From the NCBI GenBank assembly GCA_963665325.3, contig CAXXWS020000003.1, positions 928,001 through 992,000 on the forward strand: DNA of 64,000 bases, written 5' to 3'. Made by a program: the position numbers and the translations under genes. Of the stretch, positions 18,463-28,302 are shown one piece after another. Origin of the DNA: Alphaproteobacteria bacterium. GTDB lineage: Bacteria; Pseudomonadota; Alphaproteobacteria; Bin95. The stretch's first letter is position 1. The number at the start of each line of letters is the position of its first letter. The notes beneath the pieces were generated by a model. That model searched no databases. It worked only from the letters and a program-made list of their open reading frames with translations, and was not told the origin of the DNA.

Positions 18463-18900
18463 ATGCCCGACAGCTACGACTATCCCGCCACCATCGAATG
18501 CGACGAGGACGGGCGCCACGTCGTCTCGTTCCCCGACTTCGGCTGGGGCGCGACCGACGGTGCGACCCGCGACGAGGCGCTGGCCGAGGCGCGGGACCTG
18601 CTGCGCGAGCTCATCGCGGCGACGATGCGCGAGGGCGGCGCGCTGCCCAAGCCCTCGCCCGCCGGCAGGCGTCGGCCCCTGGTGGTTCCGCCGGTGCAGA
18701 CCGCGCTCAAGGCGGCACTCTACGAGGCGTGGCGCGAGGCCGGGATATCGCAGCGCCGGTTCGCCCGCGACCTCGATGTCGCGGAGAGCGAGGTCCGGCG
18801 CATGCTGAACCCCGATCACGCCACCAAGGCGGCGACCATCGACCGGGCGTTGCGCCGGCTGGGCAAGCGGCTCACCGTGACCGTCGGCGAGGCGGCCTGA
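18463..18900 (+). CDS. hicB: HicB-family antitoxin with HTH
   Basis: YPATIECDEDGRHVVSFPDF...TDGATRDEALAEARD...LPKPS plus C-terminal HTH. Confidence 0.85.
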   Translation: MPDSYDYPATIECDEDGRHVVSFPDFGWGATDGATRDEALAEARDLLRELIAATMREGGALPKPSPAGRRRPLVVPPVQTALKAALYEAWREAGISQRRFARDLDVAESEVRRMLNPDHATKAATIDRALRRLGKRLTVTVGEAA

Positions 18901-19005
18901 GCGGACAGTCCGGCCCACCGGCTCCGCCGTCGGCGGGACGGCGGTACGTACCCCGGCCGGGCCGGCGATGGCGATGGACGAGCCCGCGACTCCATCGCGA
19001 CGAGG

Positions 19006-19266
19006 TTGCGCGCCCGGCTGGTGCGGCTGCTGGAGACGGTGGAGAGCGTCGGTCTCGATGCGCTTCGCGCGCCACATGTCCGACATCTTGACGGCAAGCT
19101 CTGGGAGCTGCGGGTCAGGGCCGAGGGAGGGATCGCCAGGGGGATCTACATGACGGCGGCCGGATGGCGGGTGGTGGTGCTGCACGTCTTCGCGAAGAAC
19201 TCGCGCAAGACGCCACGCCGGACGCTCGCGACCGCCCGGGAACGGATGAGGCAGGTGACGCCATGA
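19006..19266 (+). CDS. RelE/HigB (Gp49-like) toxin, probably N-terminally truncated
   Basis: PHVRHLDGKLWELRV...RVVVLHVFAKNSRKTP; the usual N-terminal roughly 20 aa are absent. Confidence 0.7.
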   Translation: MRARLVRLLETVESVGLDALRAPHVRHLDGKLWELRVRAEGGIARGIYMTAAGWRVVVLHVFAKNSRKTPRRTLATARERMRQVTP

Positions 19267-19548
19267 CGAAGCTGAAGGAACTGAAAGCGCGCTTCATGGA
19301 GGACCCGGAGTTCCAGGAGGAATATGCGCGCATCGACGGGGGGGTATGCGTTGATCGAGGCGCTGGTGCGTGCCCGCAGGGCGGCGAAGCTGACGCAGGC
19401 GGAGCTTGCAAGCCGGCTCGGCACGACGCAGTCGGCCGTTGCGCGGCTGGAGGGCGGGCGGGTGTCGCCGTCCTTCGCCACGCTGCGCCGCTACGCCGAA
19501 GCGACCGGCACGCGGCTGACCGTGGATCTGGTGCCGGCCGGTGGCTGA
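19263..19548 (+). pseudogene. HigA-like Xre-HTH antitoxin with +1 frameshift in a G7 run
   Basis: MTKLKELKARFMEDPEFQEEYARID, then G7 (19338-19344), continuing in another frame as YALIEALVRARRAAKLTQAELASRLGTTQSAVARLE. Confidence 0.8.
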
Positions 19549-19589
19549 GCGCCCGGGATGTCGGCTGGCCGGCGTTGCGGGTTCCCGGG

Positions 19590-19720
19590 GGCAGCTCCGG
19601 CCCCACCGAAGTGGAAATCGTCGATCACCACCGATGGGAGGCGCGTCATGCGCGAGCCCGCCCATTCCGGCGAGACGCTGCGCGACGACCTCGACGCGCT
19701 CGCCATGAGCCCGGCTGCCG
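19590..19720 (+). pseudogene. Relic of a proteic-killer HigB C-terminus and HigA N-terminus
   Basis: GPTEVEIVDHH (compare ...VEIVDYH*) followed by MREPAHSGETLRDDLDALAMS (compare HPGExL). Confidence 0.55.
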
Positions 19721-19846
19721 ACGCTCGACGCCGGCACGGGACTGCCTGCGGCGGGCTGAGGGAGCCGCGCCCGCAGGCCGGCCATACGTATGGCGGACAG
19801 CGGCGCGGCGGCCCCGTCCCCGGAGGCCGCACGCGAACCGGGGCGC

Positions 19847-20098
19847 TCAGTCCCCGGCCTCGAACAGCCGGCGGTAGGCCGCCTCGGCGCGGACGAGACC
19901 GGTGTCGGTCAGGTTCACCGATCTGGCCTTGCCGACCGGATCGGAGATCAGGTCCTTGTCGTGAAGCCGGTCCATCGCCGACCAGTCGAACGACTTCCAG
20001 GTCCGGGCGCCGCCCGTCGGGTAGCGCTCGACGATGCCGAGCCAGAGCAGCGCCAGCACGGCCTCGTCGATCCTGTCCTTCACCCGCTCGTCGCTCAT
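19847..20098 (-). CDS. DUF6429-like wHTH protein
   Basis: IDEAVLALLWL...RTWKSFDWSAMDRLHDKDLISDPVGKARSVNLTDTG. Confidence 0.7.
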   Translation of the reverse strand: MSDERVKDRIDEAVLALLWLGIVERYPTGGARTWKSFDWSAMDRLHDKDLISDPVGKARSVNLTDTGLVRAEAAYRRLFEAGD

Positions 20099-20538
20099 CG
20101 CGCCCGCCCGTCCGGCTCTCCGTCGAGGTTGCTGTCGTCGCCGTCGGACCCCATGACACGCTCCACCAGGTGATCGGTGACGTCCACGAAATAGCTCTCC
20201 AGCTCGGACTGGAGCCGGCTGTACTCCGGCCATACCGCGCGGTCGAAGAACCGTTCCCGCGCCCGCACCATCACCGTCGTGCGCCGCTGGCGCGCGTAAC
20301 GGAAGGTACGCACGCCGTGCTTGCGACAGACCGCCACGAACAGCCGGACCGACCACGTATCGGGGAGCGAGAACTGGAGCTCGACTTCCGGCTCGGGCCG
20401 CTTGCCCGAACCGCCGAGGCGGCCGTGCAGCCGGCCCATCGCGGCCTCCGCGGCGGTGCGCTCCCCCGGACTGCCGGCGTGGCGGAACAGCGCTTCCACC
20501 TTGGCAAGCTTCGCCCTCAGTGCGTCGTCGTCGATCAT
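20095..20538 (-). CDS. Conserved-looking hypothetical protein (DUF2786-like N-terminus)
   Basis: KLAKVEALF...SPGERTAAEAA; ATGA overlap with the downstream gene. Confidence 0.6.
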   Translation of the reverse strand: MIDDDALRAKLAKVEALFRHAGSPGERTAAEAAMGRLHGRLGGSGKRPEPEVELQFSLPDTWSVRLFVAVCRKHGVRTFRYARQRRTTVMVRARERFFDRAVWPEYSRLQSELESYFVDVTDHLVERVMGSDGDDSNLDGEPDGRAR

Positions 20539-20805
20539 CGCGCGCCGTCCGGCTGGATCGGAATAACGACAGCATGATCGAACCCCCGCCGCGCTGTCCA
20601 TGCCGGGCAATACCGCATGGCCCGACGGACGGCGATACGCATACCGCAGGCTGGCGCGGCGCCTGACGGATCGAGCGGGCTCGGCCTCGCGTGGCCGGGG
20701 CCGGGGCCGGGGCCGGTCGAGGATACCGGCGGCGCGGGACGCACCGTCTCGACATAGCCGTGGTCCGACCGGGCGGAGCCCGCTATGATATGACCAGTTT
20801 CATGA

Positions 20806-21060
<255 letters not shown>

Positions 21061-21078
21061 GATAGGCAGTCGGCCCGG

Positions 21079-21528
21079 ATGCGCTATTTCGACACCAGCT
21101 TCCTGGTCCCCCTCATCCTTCCGGAGGCCACCAGCGAACCGGTCGCGGGATTTTTCGAGACCCTGCCGGCGGACGATCTGGCGGTGAGCCATTGGACCCG
21201 GGTCGAGTTCGCCTCGCTGCTTGCCCGCGAGGTTCGCATGGGCAATTTGGAAGCCGCGGCGGCGCACGAGGCGGGCTCACGTTTCGAGCGGATGGTCGAA
21301 GAGTCCTTTGTCGTCCTGTTGCCGAACCGCGACGACTTCGACCAGGCCAGGGACTGGCTCAACCGTTTCGACACCGGTCTGAGAGCCGGCGACGCGCTGC
21401 ACCTCGCCATTGCGGGGAACCACGGGGCGGAGGCGATCTACAGCCTGGACAAAGTGATGATTGCGGCGGGAAAGACGCTGGGTTTGCCGGCAGGCGTGGG
21501 GATCCTCCTTCCGGGCTATGACCAGTGA
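21079..21528 (+). CDS. vapC: VapC PIN-domain toxin
   Basis: YFDTSFLV, E.ASLL, LRAGDALHLA, YSLD. Confidence 0.9.
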   Translation: MRYFDTSFLVPLILPEATSEPVAGFFETLPADDLAVSHWTRVEFASLLAREVRMGNLEAAAAHEAGSRFERMVEESFVVLLPNRDDFDQARDWLNRFDTGLRAGDALHLAIAGNHGAEAIYSLDKVMIAAGKTLGLPAGVGILLPGYDQ

Positions 21529-21649
21529 TGCACCCATGAGTGGGTTGCGGCCGGTTGTCCGTATTGCGAAACGGCGGGGCGAGACTTGAATGCTGTTACA
21601 CGGAGTGCTATATCACCCAGCATGATGGAAGCCGCCCGCGGGGTGAGGA

Positions 21650-22024
21650 TTGCGCACGTTCAAGACCAAGCCCTTCGCGCGCTTCGCCAGGCGCGCGGGA
21701 GTGCCGGATGCAGCCCTGTGCGATGCGGTTTTGCGCGCCGGACGAGGCCAGGTCGATGCCGACCTCGGCGGTGGCGTCCTCAAGCAGCGCGTTGCCCGAC
21801 AGGGACAGGGCCGCTCCGGAGGGTTCCGCGTCATCGTGCTGATTCGCCGGAGCGACCGCTCGTTCTTCGTCCATGGGTTCGCGAAGAGCGATCGGGAGAA
21901 CCTTCGGCGCGGCGAGATCGGGGCGCTGCGCGAACTGGCAAGAGAGTTGTTCGGGATGGACGAACCCGGTCTTGAGGCGATGCTGGCGAACGGGACGATC
22001 AGCGAGGTGAATTGCGATGGCTAA
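21650..22024 (+). CDS. RelE/HigB-2-like toxin
   Basis: DADLGGGVLKQRVARQGQGRSGGFRVI...HGFAKSDRENL. Confidence 0.85.
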   Translation: MRTFKTKPFARFARRAGVPDAALCDAVLRAGRGQVDADLGGGVLKQRVARQGQGRSGGFRVIVLIRRSDRSFFVHGFAKSDRENLRRGEIGALRELARELFGMDEPGLEAMLANGTISEVNCDG

Positions 22025-22334
22025 GCAGTACCGGAGCGAAGTGCTGGCGTCGGTGCATGAGACCGCGCTCGGCATGATGGAGGCGGGCGTGATGGAGAAG
22101 AAGACGATGAAGGTCTTCGACGAGATGTGCCTCACCCCGGTCGAGGAGCTCGCGCCGGAGCGGATCCGGGAGATTCGGCTGGGGGAGAATGCGAGCCAGG
22201 CGGTGTTTGCCCGCTACCTCAACGTGACGACAGGCCTGGTGAGTCAGTGGGAGCGTGGCGAGAAGCGCCCGCGTGGCGCTTCGTTGAAGCTCCTGACGCT
22301 GGTGGCGAAGAACGGACTTGGGACGGTCGCGTGA
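22017..22334 (+). CDS. HigA-2-like HTH antitoxin
   Basis: IREIRLGENASQAVFARYLNVTTGLVSQWERGEKRPRGASLKLL. Confidence 0.85.
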   Translation: MAKQYRSEVLASVHETALGMMEAGVMEKKTMKVFDEMCLTPVEELAPERIREIRLGENASQAVFARYLNVTTGLVSQWERGEKRPRGASLKLLTLVAKNGLGTVA

Positions 22335-22340
22335 CGTTTT

Positions 22341-22475
22341 GTCGGCACCTGTCGGGACCTGTCCTGTCAGGATTGTGTTTCAATCCGGTGACTATTTGTT
22401 GACGGGCTTAGAATGAAGAAGAAAAACATCAATAATAACGGTGGTTTAGTGGAAATAGATGCACAAGTATGGCGC
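22341..22475. other. Putative att end of the conjugative element (arm-type repeats, AT-rich spacer, core)
   Basis: GTCGGCACCT/GTCGGGACCT tandem at 22341-22360, AT-rich 22381-22460, core GCAC-N6-GGCGC at 22461-22475 where integrase homology breaks. Confidence 0.55.
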
Positions 22476-23431
22476 AGGTCGTGAAGATGCACATCCTCCA
22501 GGTCGGCCTCGGATCGGACCCTGATCCAGAACCGGTCCAACCAATTGTCGCTCATGGGCCGGTCGCTCCGAAATGCGGGGAACACCCAGCGGCCTTTCCG
22601 TTCAAGGCCGTCGAGAACAGCACGGGCCGGCTCCGAGAGCCACACGGTTCGGGGGCCCGTCTTGCTGTCGCGGAGGAACAGATGGCCCTCGCGGTAATCC
22701 GGCCATTGCAGAGTGAGAATTTCGCTCTTGCGGCAGCCGGTCAGGAGAAGCAGCCGGATGGCGGCGACCTGCTGCGGTTGTTCCACTTCATGCGCCTTGA
22801 GCCTTGCGGACAGGCGGCGGATTTCCTCGTCGGAGAGGAACCGCTCGCGGCCCTTGCGGCGGTATCGCCGGATGCCCCGGCAGGGGTTGGAACCCTCCGG
22901 GCGCAGGCCCATGGTCTCCGCTTCCTTCATGATGACGGACAGCACCGGCATGGACCGGTCCGCCGCCACTGGCGTCGCGCGCAGACGGGCGAACCAGTGC
23001 CGCACCTCCTGCCGGTCGATGTCGGCAATCGGCCGCCCGGCGAAATGCGGCAGAAGCTGATTGCGGAGATAGTACCGGTTCACTTTGAGCGTCCTGGCCT
23101 TCCAAAGCCGCGCATGGCGCTCGAACACGGTCTCGGCGACGGCTTCGAAGACGGTCACTTCGGGACGGTGCGGCGCTTCCTTGCCCCGCCGGATGGCGGC
23201 AAGCATTTCGGTCGCCGAAGCCCGCGCCTCGACGATGCTCATGTCTTCGGCATTGCCGACGATCTTCCAGACCCGCTCGCCGCGATGCTGGCACTGGATG
23301 AAGAACCGCTTCCTGCCGGTGGGCATCACCCGGACGCCGAAGCCCTTGAGTCTGGCGTCCCGGATGTCGAAGGGTGACTTGCGAGGCTTGAGGGCCTCAA
23401 TGCGGGCTGCGGTAAGGGTAACACTGGGCAT
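22367..23431 (-). pseudogene. Tyrosine integrase with Arm-DNA-binding domain, interrupted just after HDLRHT
   Basis: GFGVRV...RFF arm domain; LLLLTGCRKSE, SKTG, HDLRHT, then unrelated residues. No LLGH box or catalytic Tyr. Confidence 0.85.
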
Positions 23432-23540
23432 GTAGCTCTCCCGGTTCCGGTTGCAGCCGGGGAACAAGCAATGGCAGATTACTTCCCCGGCCGCAGTTTT
23501 TCGGGAGAAACAACAACGCAATATCAGATAGTTAGCACCG

Positions 23541-23912
23541 CTAAGGTGCGTTGTCGGTGTAGTCCTCTCCGGTCCCGAAAACGGTCGTGGGATCGGAGGC
23601 TTCCTGGCCGAAATAGGAAAGATCGATCCGCCAACGGTTCGGCAATTGCGTCCCGGCGGTGACCTGGAAGTTCGCGATATAGCCTGTATCGGTGTTGTCG
23701 TTGCCTTCCGCATCGACGGTCCATCGCCCATCCACCAGACCGGTGAGCACGAAGGTCACGTCGCCGATTTCGACCGCGATCGGCTCCTCCATGGACGACA
23801 GGCTCTCATAGTTCAGGGGGACGGTCTGCGCCCCGGCAAGGCCGCCCGCGGCCACGCCGGCGGCGGCAATTGCAGCGGGAAGCAAGGCCCGCAGAACCCG
23901 GTGTGCGGCCAT
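23541..23912 (-). pseudogene. Secreted porin-like protein, 3'-truncated
   Basis: Signal peptide followed by alternating beta-strand segments; ends abruptly at a GCACC-GCTAA-GGTGC palindrome (23535-23549). Confidence 0.5.
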
Positions 23913-23916
23913 GACT

Positions 23917-25308
23917 TCAGGCCTTCGCCGGGAAGGTGGAATGGAAGGCGTGCCTCGCCAGCTCGCGCCCGGATTTCAGTCCCTGCGTATTGTCGATCGC
24001 CCAATGGACGCCGCCATAGAGACGGCTCAGGCCGTTTTCCTCCGCCATGTGTGTCAAGCCGGTCCAGTGCCGATTGACGCCTTGCAGTTGCGGCCACAGC
24101 ACTTCGTCCGGCGAACGCCCGGAAAATGCGACATCGTCCCGGCCGAGGATCAGGGCAATCATCTCGGCCGCGGCGGCACCGAAAGTGGAATGGCCGGAGG
24201 TATAGGCCGGGAATTCCGGCGTGGGGATGTAGCTGCGCCAGCCGGAGTGGACGGCCACGCGCCGGTCCCGACTGCCGAATGCGGGCGCACGCACGCGAAT
24301 GGCGCTTTCGGGCCGGACAACGTCGTAGTGGTATTTGTTGTCCCAGGCGCAGATGGATGCATCGCACTGGGTCATGCCGATTAGCGCGAAGGCCCGGGCG
24401 AGCTCGATGAAGGAGAGGTCCCGATCCTGCAACAGCTGCATGGCGATATAGAGCATGTGCCCCGGCGGGGTGATGCCCCACGGGCCGTCTTCCCAGAAGA
24501 GCGCGATCTCCGACTGGTCGGCGGTCCTGACACTGCTGTCCATTCCCCCGAGGCGGCGGATCGTGTCGAACTCTTCGGCGAACTCGGGGCTCGCCGGATC
24601 GTAAAATCCGCTTACCTGGAACTGCGAACCGCTCTTCATCGTCCAGGGCTTGATCTTGCCGTGGCCCGGGTAGAGGCAACGGTCGAAGGAGGAGAACGCA
24701 GGCCCCGGCGAGGCACCGTAGAACGGCCCCGTCGGGCTCCATCGCAAGGAGTCGGCGCGCCGTCGGTAGCGTCCGAGATAGTAGTTCACCTCGCTGGGCT
24801 CCGAGCCGTCATCCGTGCGCAGGTCGAGCACCCGGCGGCCCACCTCGCGGCCCCATTCGACGCCCAGCGACTTCGCCTCGCCGTCGGGGAAGCGGCTCAG
24901 GAAGGCGATGCGCTCGAACAGGAACGGTTGCTGGAATGCTTCCGCCGCCGCCGCCGCGAAGGCGACGCCATAGGCGACTTCGGGGTCGGCGCCGCGCGGT
25001 CCCGGGCCGATCCCGAACGGCTCTTCATAGGCCCCGACGATTCCGTTTGCGGCCAGGAATCCGGCGGCGGTGCCAAGCCCGTAATTGTAGGCGGCGCGCG
25101 GTGTCAGAACCCTCTGGTCCCGCACCTGCTGCAGGGCGGTATCCACCCAAAGGAAAACGGTGTTCCCGTTCTTCGGTTTCAGTATCTGGCTCGTGTAGGA
25201 AGACCGGCTTCCCTGGGAGGCTACGTGCGGGCCGGCGCAGCCGGCCATGGACAGGGCGGAGGCCGCAGCAGCGGCGGCAGCGAGGAACTGCCGTCTGGTG
25301 TGGCTCAT
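23917..25308 (-). CDS. Vanadium-dependent haloperoxidase (PAP2 superfamily), Tat lipoprotein
   Basis: TRRQFL...MAGC signal; WDNKY, RPESAIR, PAYTSGHS, SRLYGGVHW vanadate-site motifs. Confidence 0.85.
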   Translation of the reverse strand: MSHTRRQFLAAAAAAASALSMAGCAGPHVASQGSRSSYTSQILKPKNGNTVFLWVDTALQQVRDQRVLTPRAAYNYGLGTAAGFLAANGIVGAYEEPFGIGPGPRGADPEVAYGVAFAAAAAEAFQQPFLFERIAFLSRFPDGEAKSLGVEWGREVGRRVLDLRTDDGSEPSEVNYYLGRYRRRADSLRWSPTGPFYGASPGPAFSSFDRCLYPGHGKIKPWTMKSGSQFQVSGFYDPASPEFAEEFDTIRRLGGMDSSVRTADQSEIALFWEDGPWGITPPGHMLYIAMQLLQDRDLSFIELARAFALIGMTQCDASICAWDNKYHYDVVRPESAIRVRAPAFGSRDRRVAVHSGWRSYIPTPEFPAYTSGHSTFGAAAAEMIALILGRDDVAFSGRSPDEVLWPQLQGVNRHWTGLTHMAEENGLSRLYGGVHWAIDNTQGLKSGRELARHAFHSTFPAKA

Positions 25309-25559
25309 TGGATTCCTTTCGGTTCAGGTGTCCATGGATGCGTCAGGAGGTGCAGCAGGGCGCTCGCCCGACTGCCGGAACGGAATGAGGAATCGGTGCC
25401 GGACCGCCGGTTCGGGCAGCCATCGGCGCCGGAGGAACAGGTGCTATGCGGGATGCGGCCGCGGAACCTGCGGCGTTCCCGAGTGGGAAGACGGGCGACC
25501 GGGTCCGGTCAGGCCGTCAAAAAAACGCAGTCAGGCGCGAGGGGGACGATCGGAACGCC

Positions 25560-25578
25560 GTGAACAAAAAATGTTCAC
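25560..25578. promoter_or_regulatory. Perfect inverted repeat in the AT-rich region upstream of the haloperoxidase
   Basis: GTGAACA-AAAAA-TGTTCAC. Confidence 0.5.
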
Positions 25579-25962
25579 ACTCGTAGAAACAAAATTCGTA
25601 ATTGCCGAATTATTGTTCATTGAGTTAATTGTTTTGCAACGTGGCCTGAAATGCAACATTCTACAGCATTCAGCCGGTATTTCCGTTATCACAACTTCCC
25701 CCAGTCTTCCATCGTCGAGTGCATCGAATAGACTTCGAAGACGGCGAATAACCCTCCATAAACCTAAAGGCAAGTGATAAATTAAATAGTTATGGGCGAC
25801 ATTTTGGCGCCCGGTCGATTTCCCGCTGCCTTCCCGACGGCCAGTCCGAAGCGCGGCAACAGCGGTGGATGGGGGAACCCGGCCGGGACCGCAGCGCCGA
25901 TGCGACAATCGGCACAGCCCGACCCGCTTGAAGGGCGGCGGGAGAGCCTCTATATCCGGTGC

Positions 25963-26010
25963 GTACTAAGCTTCCGTGCCCGATGAGTACTAAGCTTCCG
26001 TGCCCGATGA
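25963..26010. repeat. Perfect 24-bp tandem duplication
   Basis: GTACTAAGCTTCCGTGCCCGATGA twice. Confidence 0.9.
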
Positions 26011-26109
26011 TCGCACAGTCCCGGCGCCTTTTCCGGCGTAGCGGGAGCGGCTTCGTGCAGGCGCGGATCGACGAATGGACCGAGAGATTGTAGGAAGGAG
26101 ACCTGCCCC

Positions 26110-26685
26110 ATGTCCGACCAGAAGCGCCTTTCCGGCATGACCGTCGCCGTGCTCGTTGCCAATGGCTTCGAGGAAATCGTCATGACCGACACGCAGAAGG
26201 CGCTTGCCGCCGAAGGTGCCGCGATTCGCATCGTCAGCCATGAGGTCGGGCTGGCCAACGGCTGGCATGAAGGGACCTGGGGCCACAATTTCTACATCGA
26301 CACCCGCGTTTCGGACGCACTGCCGAGCGATTTCGACGGTCTGCTGGTGCCGGGCGGGGAGCGCAGCATCGCCGCGCTCAAGGAGAACGCGCATGCCCGC
26401 CGCGTAATCAAGGGCATGATGGACGCGGGCAAGCCGCTGGCCGTCGTCGGCGATGCGATCGAAATGCTGGTGGCAGCGGAGGCCCTGAGAGGCCGCAAGG
26501 TGACAGGCGTCGAGACGTCCCGCGCCCGGGTCGAGGCAATGGGCGCCGTCTGGTCCGAAGCCCCGCTCACCGTCGATGGCAGTTTGGTCACCGCCTCGGG
26601 TTCGGAAGATCTCGAGAGCCTGATCGGCGCCGTGATCGACAGCCTCGTCGCCGCTCCCGAAGGCGAACGCCAGCAGGCCGCCTGA
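26110..26685 (+). CDS. DJ-1/PfpI-family protein lacking the catalytic Cys
   Basis: VAVLVANGFEE, FDGLLVPGG; KPLAVVGDA in place of KPxAAICHG. Confidence 0.8.
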   Translation: MSDQKRLSGMTVAVLVANGFEEIVMTDTQKALAAEGAAIRIVSHEVGLANGWHEGTWGHNFYIDTRVSDALPSDFDGLLVPGGERSIAALKENAHARRVIKGMMDAGKPLAVVGDAIEMLVAAEALRGRKVTGVETSRARVEAMGAVWSEAPLTVDGSLVTASGSEDLESLIGAVIDSLVAAPEGERQQAA

Positions 26686-26764
26686 CCTCAAAACACAGGA
26701 AACGAGTTGCTGCCGGCGCCGGGGCTTTCCCGGCGCCGGTTGTCGTTTCAGACGCCGGCGGCGC

Positions 26765-27232
26765 TCAGAACACGCCCGCTTCGAGGCCGGCGGCGAGCGT
26801 CATGCCGAGTTCCTCGCAGTCGGCGGCGAACGCCTCCTGCCATTCTCCGCGGCAAAGCACCGGCTCGGCCACCGCGCGCCAGCGCAGGCCGGTCGTAATA
26901 GTCTCGATCGCGCGCCTTGTGCCGGTGCCGTCATGGCCTGCGCGGATATAGAAGCCGAAGGGGCGGCCCTGGGTCTCCTCCAGGCAGGGATAGTAGATGC
27001 GATCGAAAAAGTCCTTCAGCGCGCCGCTCATATAGCCGAGGTTCTCGGTCGTCCCGAGCAGTAGCGCGTCCGCCGCGAGCACATGGGCCGGCGTTGCGTC
27101 GAAGGGGCTCAGCACCTCCGTCTCGACGCCCTCGATGTCCGGATGGCGGGCCCCCTCCGCGGCCGCATCGCGCAGCCTGAGCGTGTTGGGCGACGGCGCG
27201 TGGGCGACGATCAGCAGGCGGCGGCCGGACAT
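26765..27232 (-). CDS. Flavodoxin/NAD(P)H-dependent FMN-binding protein
   Basis: HAPSPNT, GTTENLGYMSGALKDFFDR, GHDGTG. Confidence 0.8.
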   Translation of the reverse strand: MSGRRLLIVAHAPSPNTLRLRDAAAEGARHPDIEGVETEVLSPFDATPAHVLAADALLLGTTENLGYMSGALKDFFDRIYYPCLEETQGRPFGFYIRAGHDGTGTRRAIETITTGLRWRAVAEPVLCRGEWQEAFAADCEELGMTLAAGLEAGVF

Positions 27233-28302
27233 GCCTGCTCCAGAAGGAAGGGCGCGCCCGACCCGGCGGCGACGGCGCGGATCTCCTCGAACAGAGTTTC
27301 CGTCATCGGGATTCCGGTCCTGAGCCGTTCGCGCCGGGCGGCATGTTCCGGATCGCCGGGCACGAGCACCGGTCGGGCCGGGTCGGTCGGCGGCACCGCC
27401 CGCACCTCCGCCATCAGGCTCCCGAGGTCGGCGGCGAAACCGGCATTGAAGAAGGCCGGGTCGAGCGCCATGAAGAAATGCCCGACCTCAATGAAGGGGC
27501 CGGGCTTGTCCGTGGCGAGGTCGATGCCGCCGACATTCGCGCCGCCGAGCACGCTCGCCAGGATTTCCACCATCATCGCCAGGCCATAGCCCTTGTGGCT
27601 GCCGAGCGTGCGGTTGCCGCCGAGCGGGGTCAGGCGCTTCGGTTTTGCATGGAAGGCGGCGGCCGCATCGGTCTCGGGCAGGCCGTCCGGGCGCACGGCC
27701 CAACCGTTCGGCAGCGGTTTACCCGCCCGGCGCGCGATGTTGACCTTGCCGACGGCGACGGTGCTGGTCGCCATGTCGAGCGAGAACGGCTCACCCGCTG
27801 CCGGGCTCGCGGCGAAGGCAATCGGATTGGTGGAGAAGCGCGGCTCGCGCGCGCCCGTCGGAACCACGGAGCGCTGCGTCGTGCCGGTGCAGGCGAAGCC
27901 GACAAGGCCGCGCTCCGCAGCAATGGTGGAATAGACGCCTGCTGCGCCGAAATGGTTGGAATGGACGGTGACCGACACGCCCAGCCCCACTGCCGCCGCC
28001 TTGTCGCAGGCGCGCTCCATGGCGAATCGGGCGGCAGGGTGGCCGATGCCGTGGCCCGCATCCACCAGGGTCAACACCGGCCCTTCGCTGAGCGTGCGGA
28101 CCTCCGCCAGCGGGTCGATCTTTCCGTCCCGCCTGCGCTGGTCGTAGGTCGGCAGCATGCCGACGCCGTGGCTGTCTATGCCCCGCAGGTCGGCCTCGAC
28201 CATGAGGTCCACGGCGGTCTCGACGGGCTGGGAACGCATGCCCCAGGCGAGGAACACCACCCGGATCTGCGCCGCCAGCAGGCTATGCGGGACGGTAATC
28301 AT
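27211..28302 (-). CDS. Ldh_2 family oxidoreductase (copy 2)
   Basis: ADLRGIDSHG, SNHFGAAG, TNPIAF, LDMATS, HKGYGL. Confidence 0.9.
   Translation of the reverse strand: MITVPHSLLAAQIRVVFLAWGMRSQPVETAVDLMVEADLRGIDSHGVGMLPTYDQRRRDGKIDPLAEVRTLSEGPVLTLVDAGHGIGHPAARFAMERACDKAAAVGLGVSVTVHSNHFGAAGVYSTIAAERGLVGFACTGTTQRSVVPTGAREPRFSTNPIAFAASPAAGEPFSLDMATSTVAVGKVNIARRAGKPLPNGWAVRPDGLPETDAAAAFHAKPKRLTPLGGNRTLGSHKGYGLAMMVEILASVLGGANVGGIDLATDKPGPFIEVGHFFMALDPAFFNAGFAADLGSLMAEVRAVPPTDPARPVLVPGDPEHAARRERLRTGIPMTETLFEEIRAVAAGSGAPFLLEQACPAAAC

Noticed and set aside
22380-22460. tRNA/tmRNA integration site
   Set aside because: No cloverleaf or T-loop/CCA signature seen.
25963-26010. Mini-CRISPR
   Set aside because: Two adjacent copies with no spacer.
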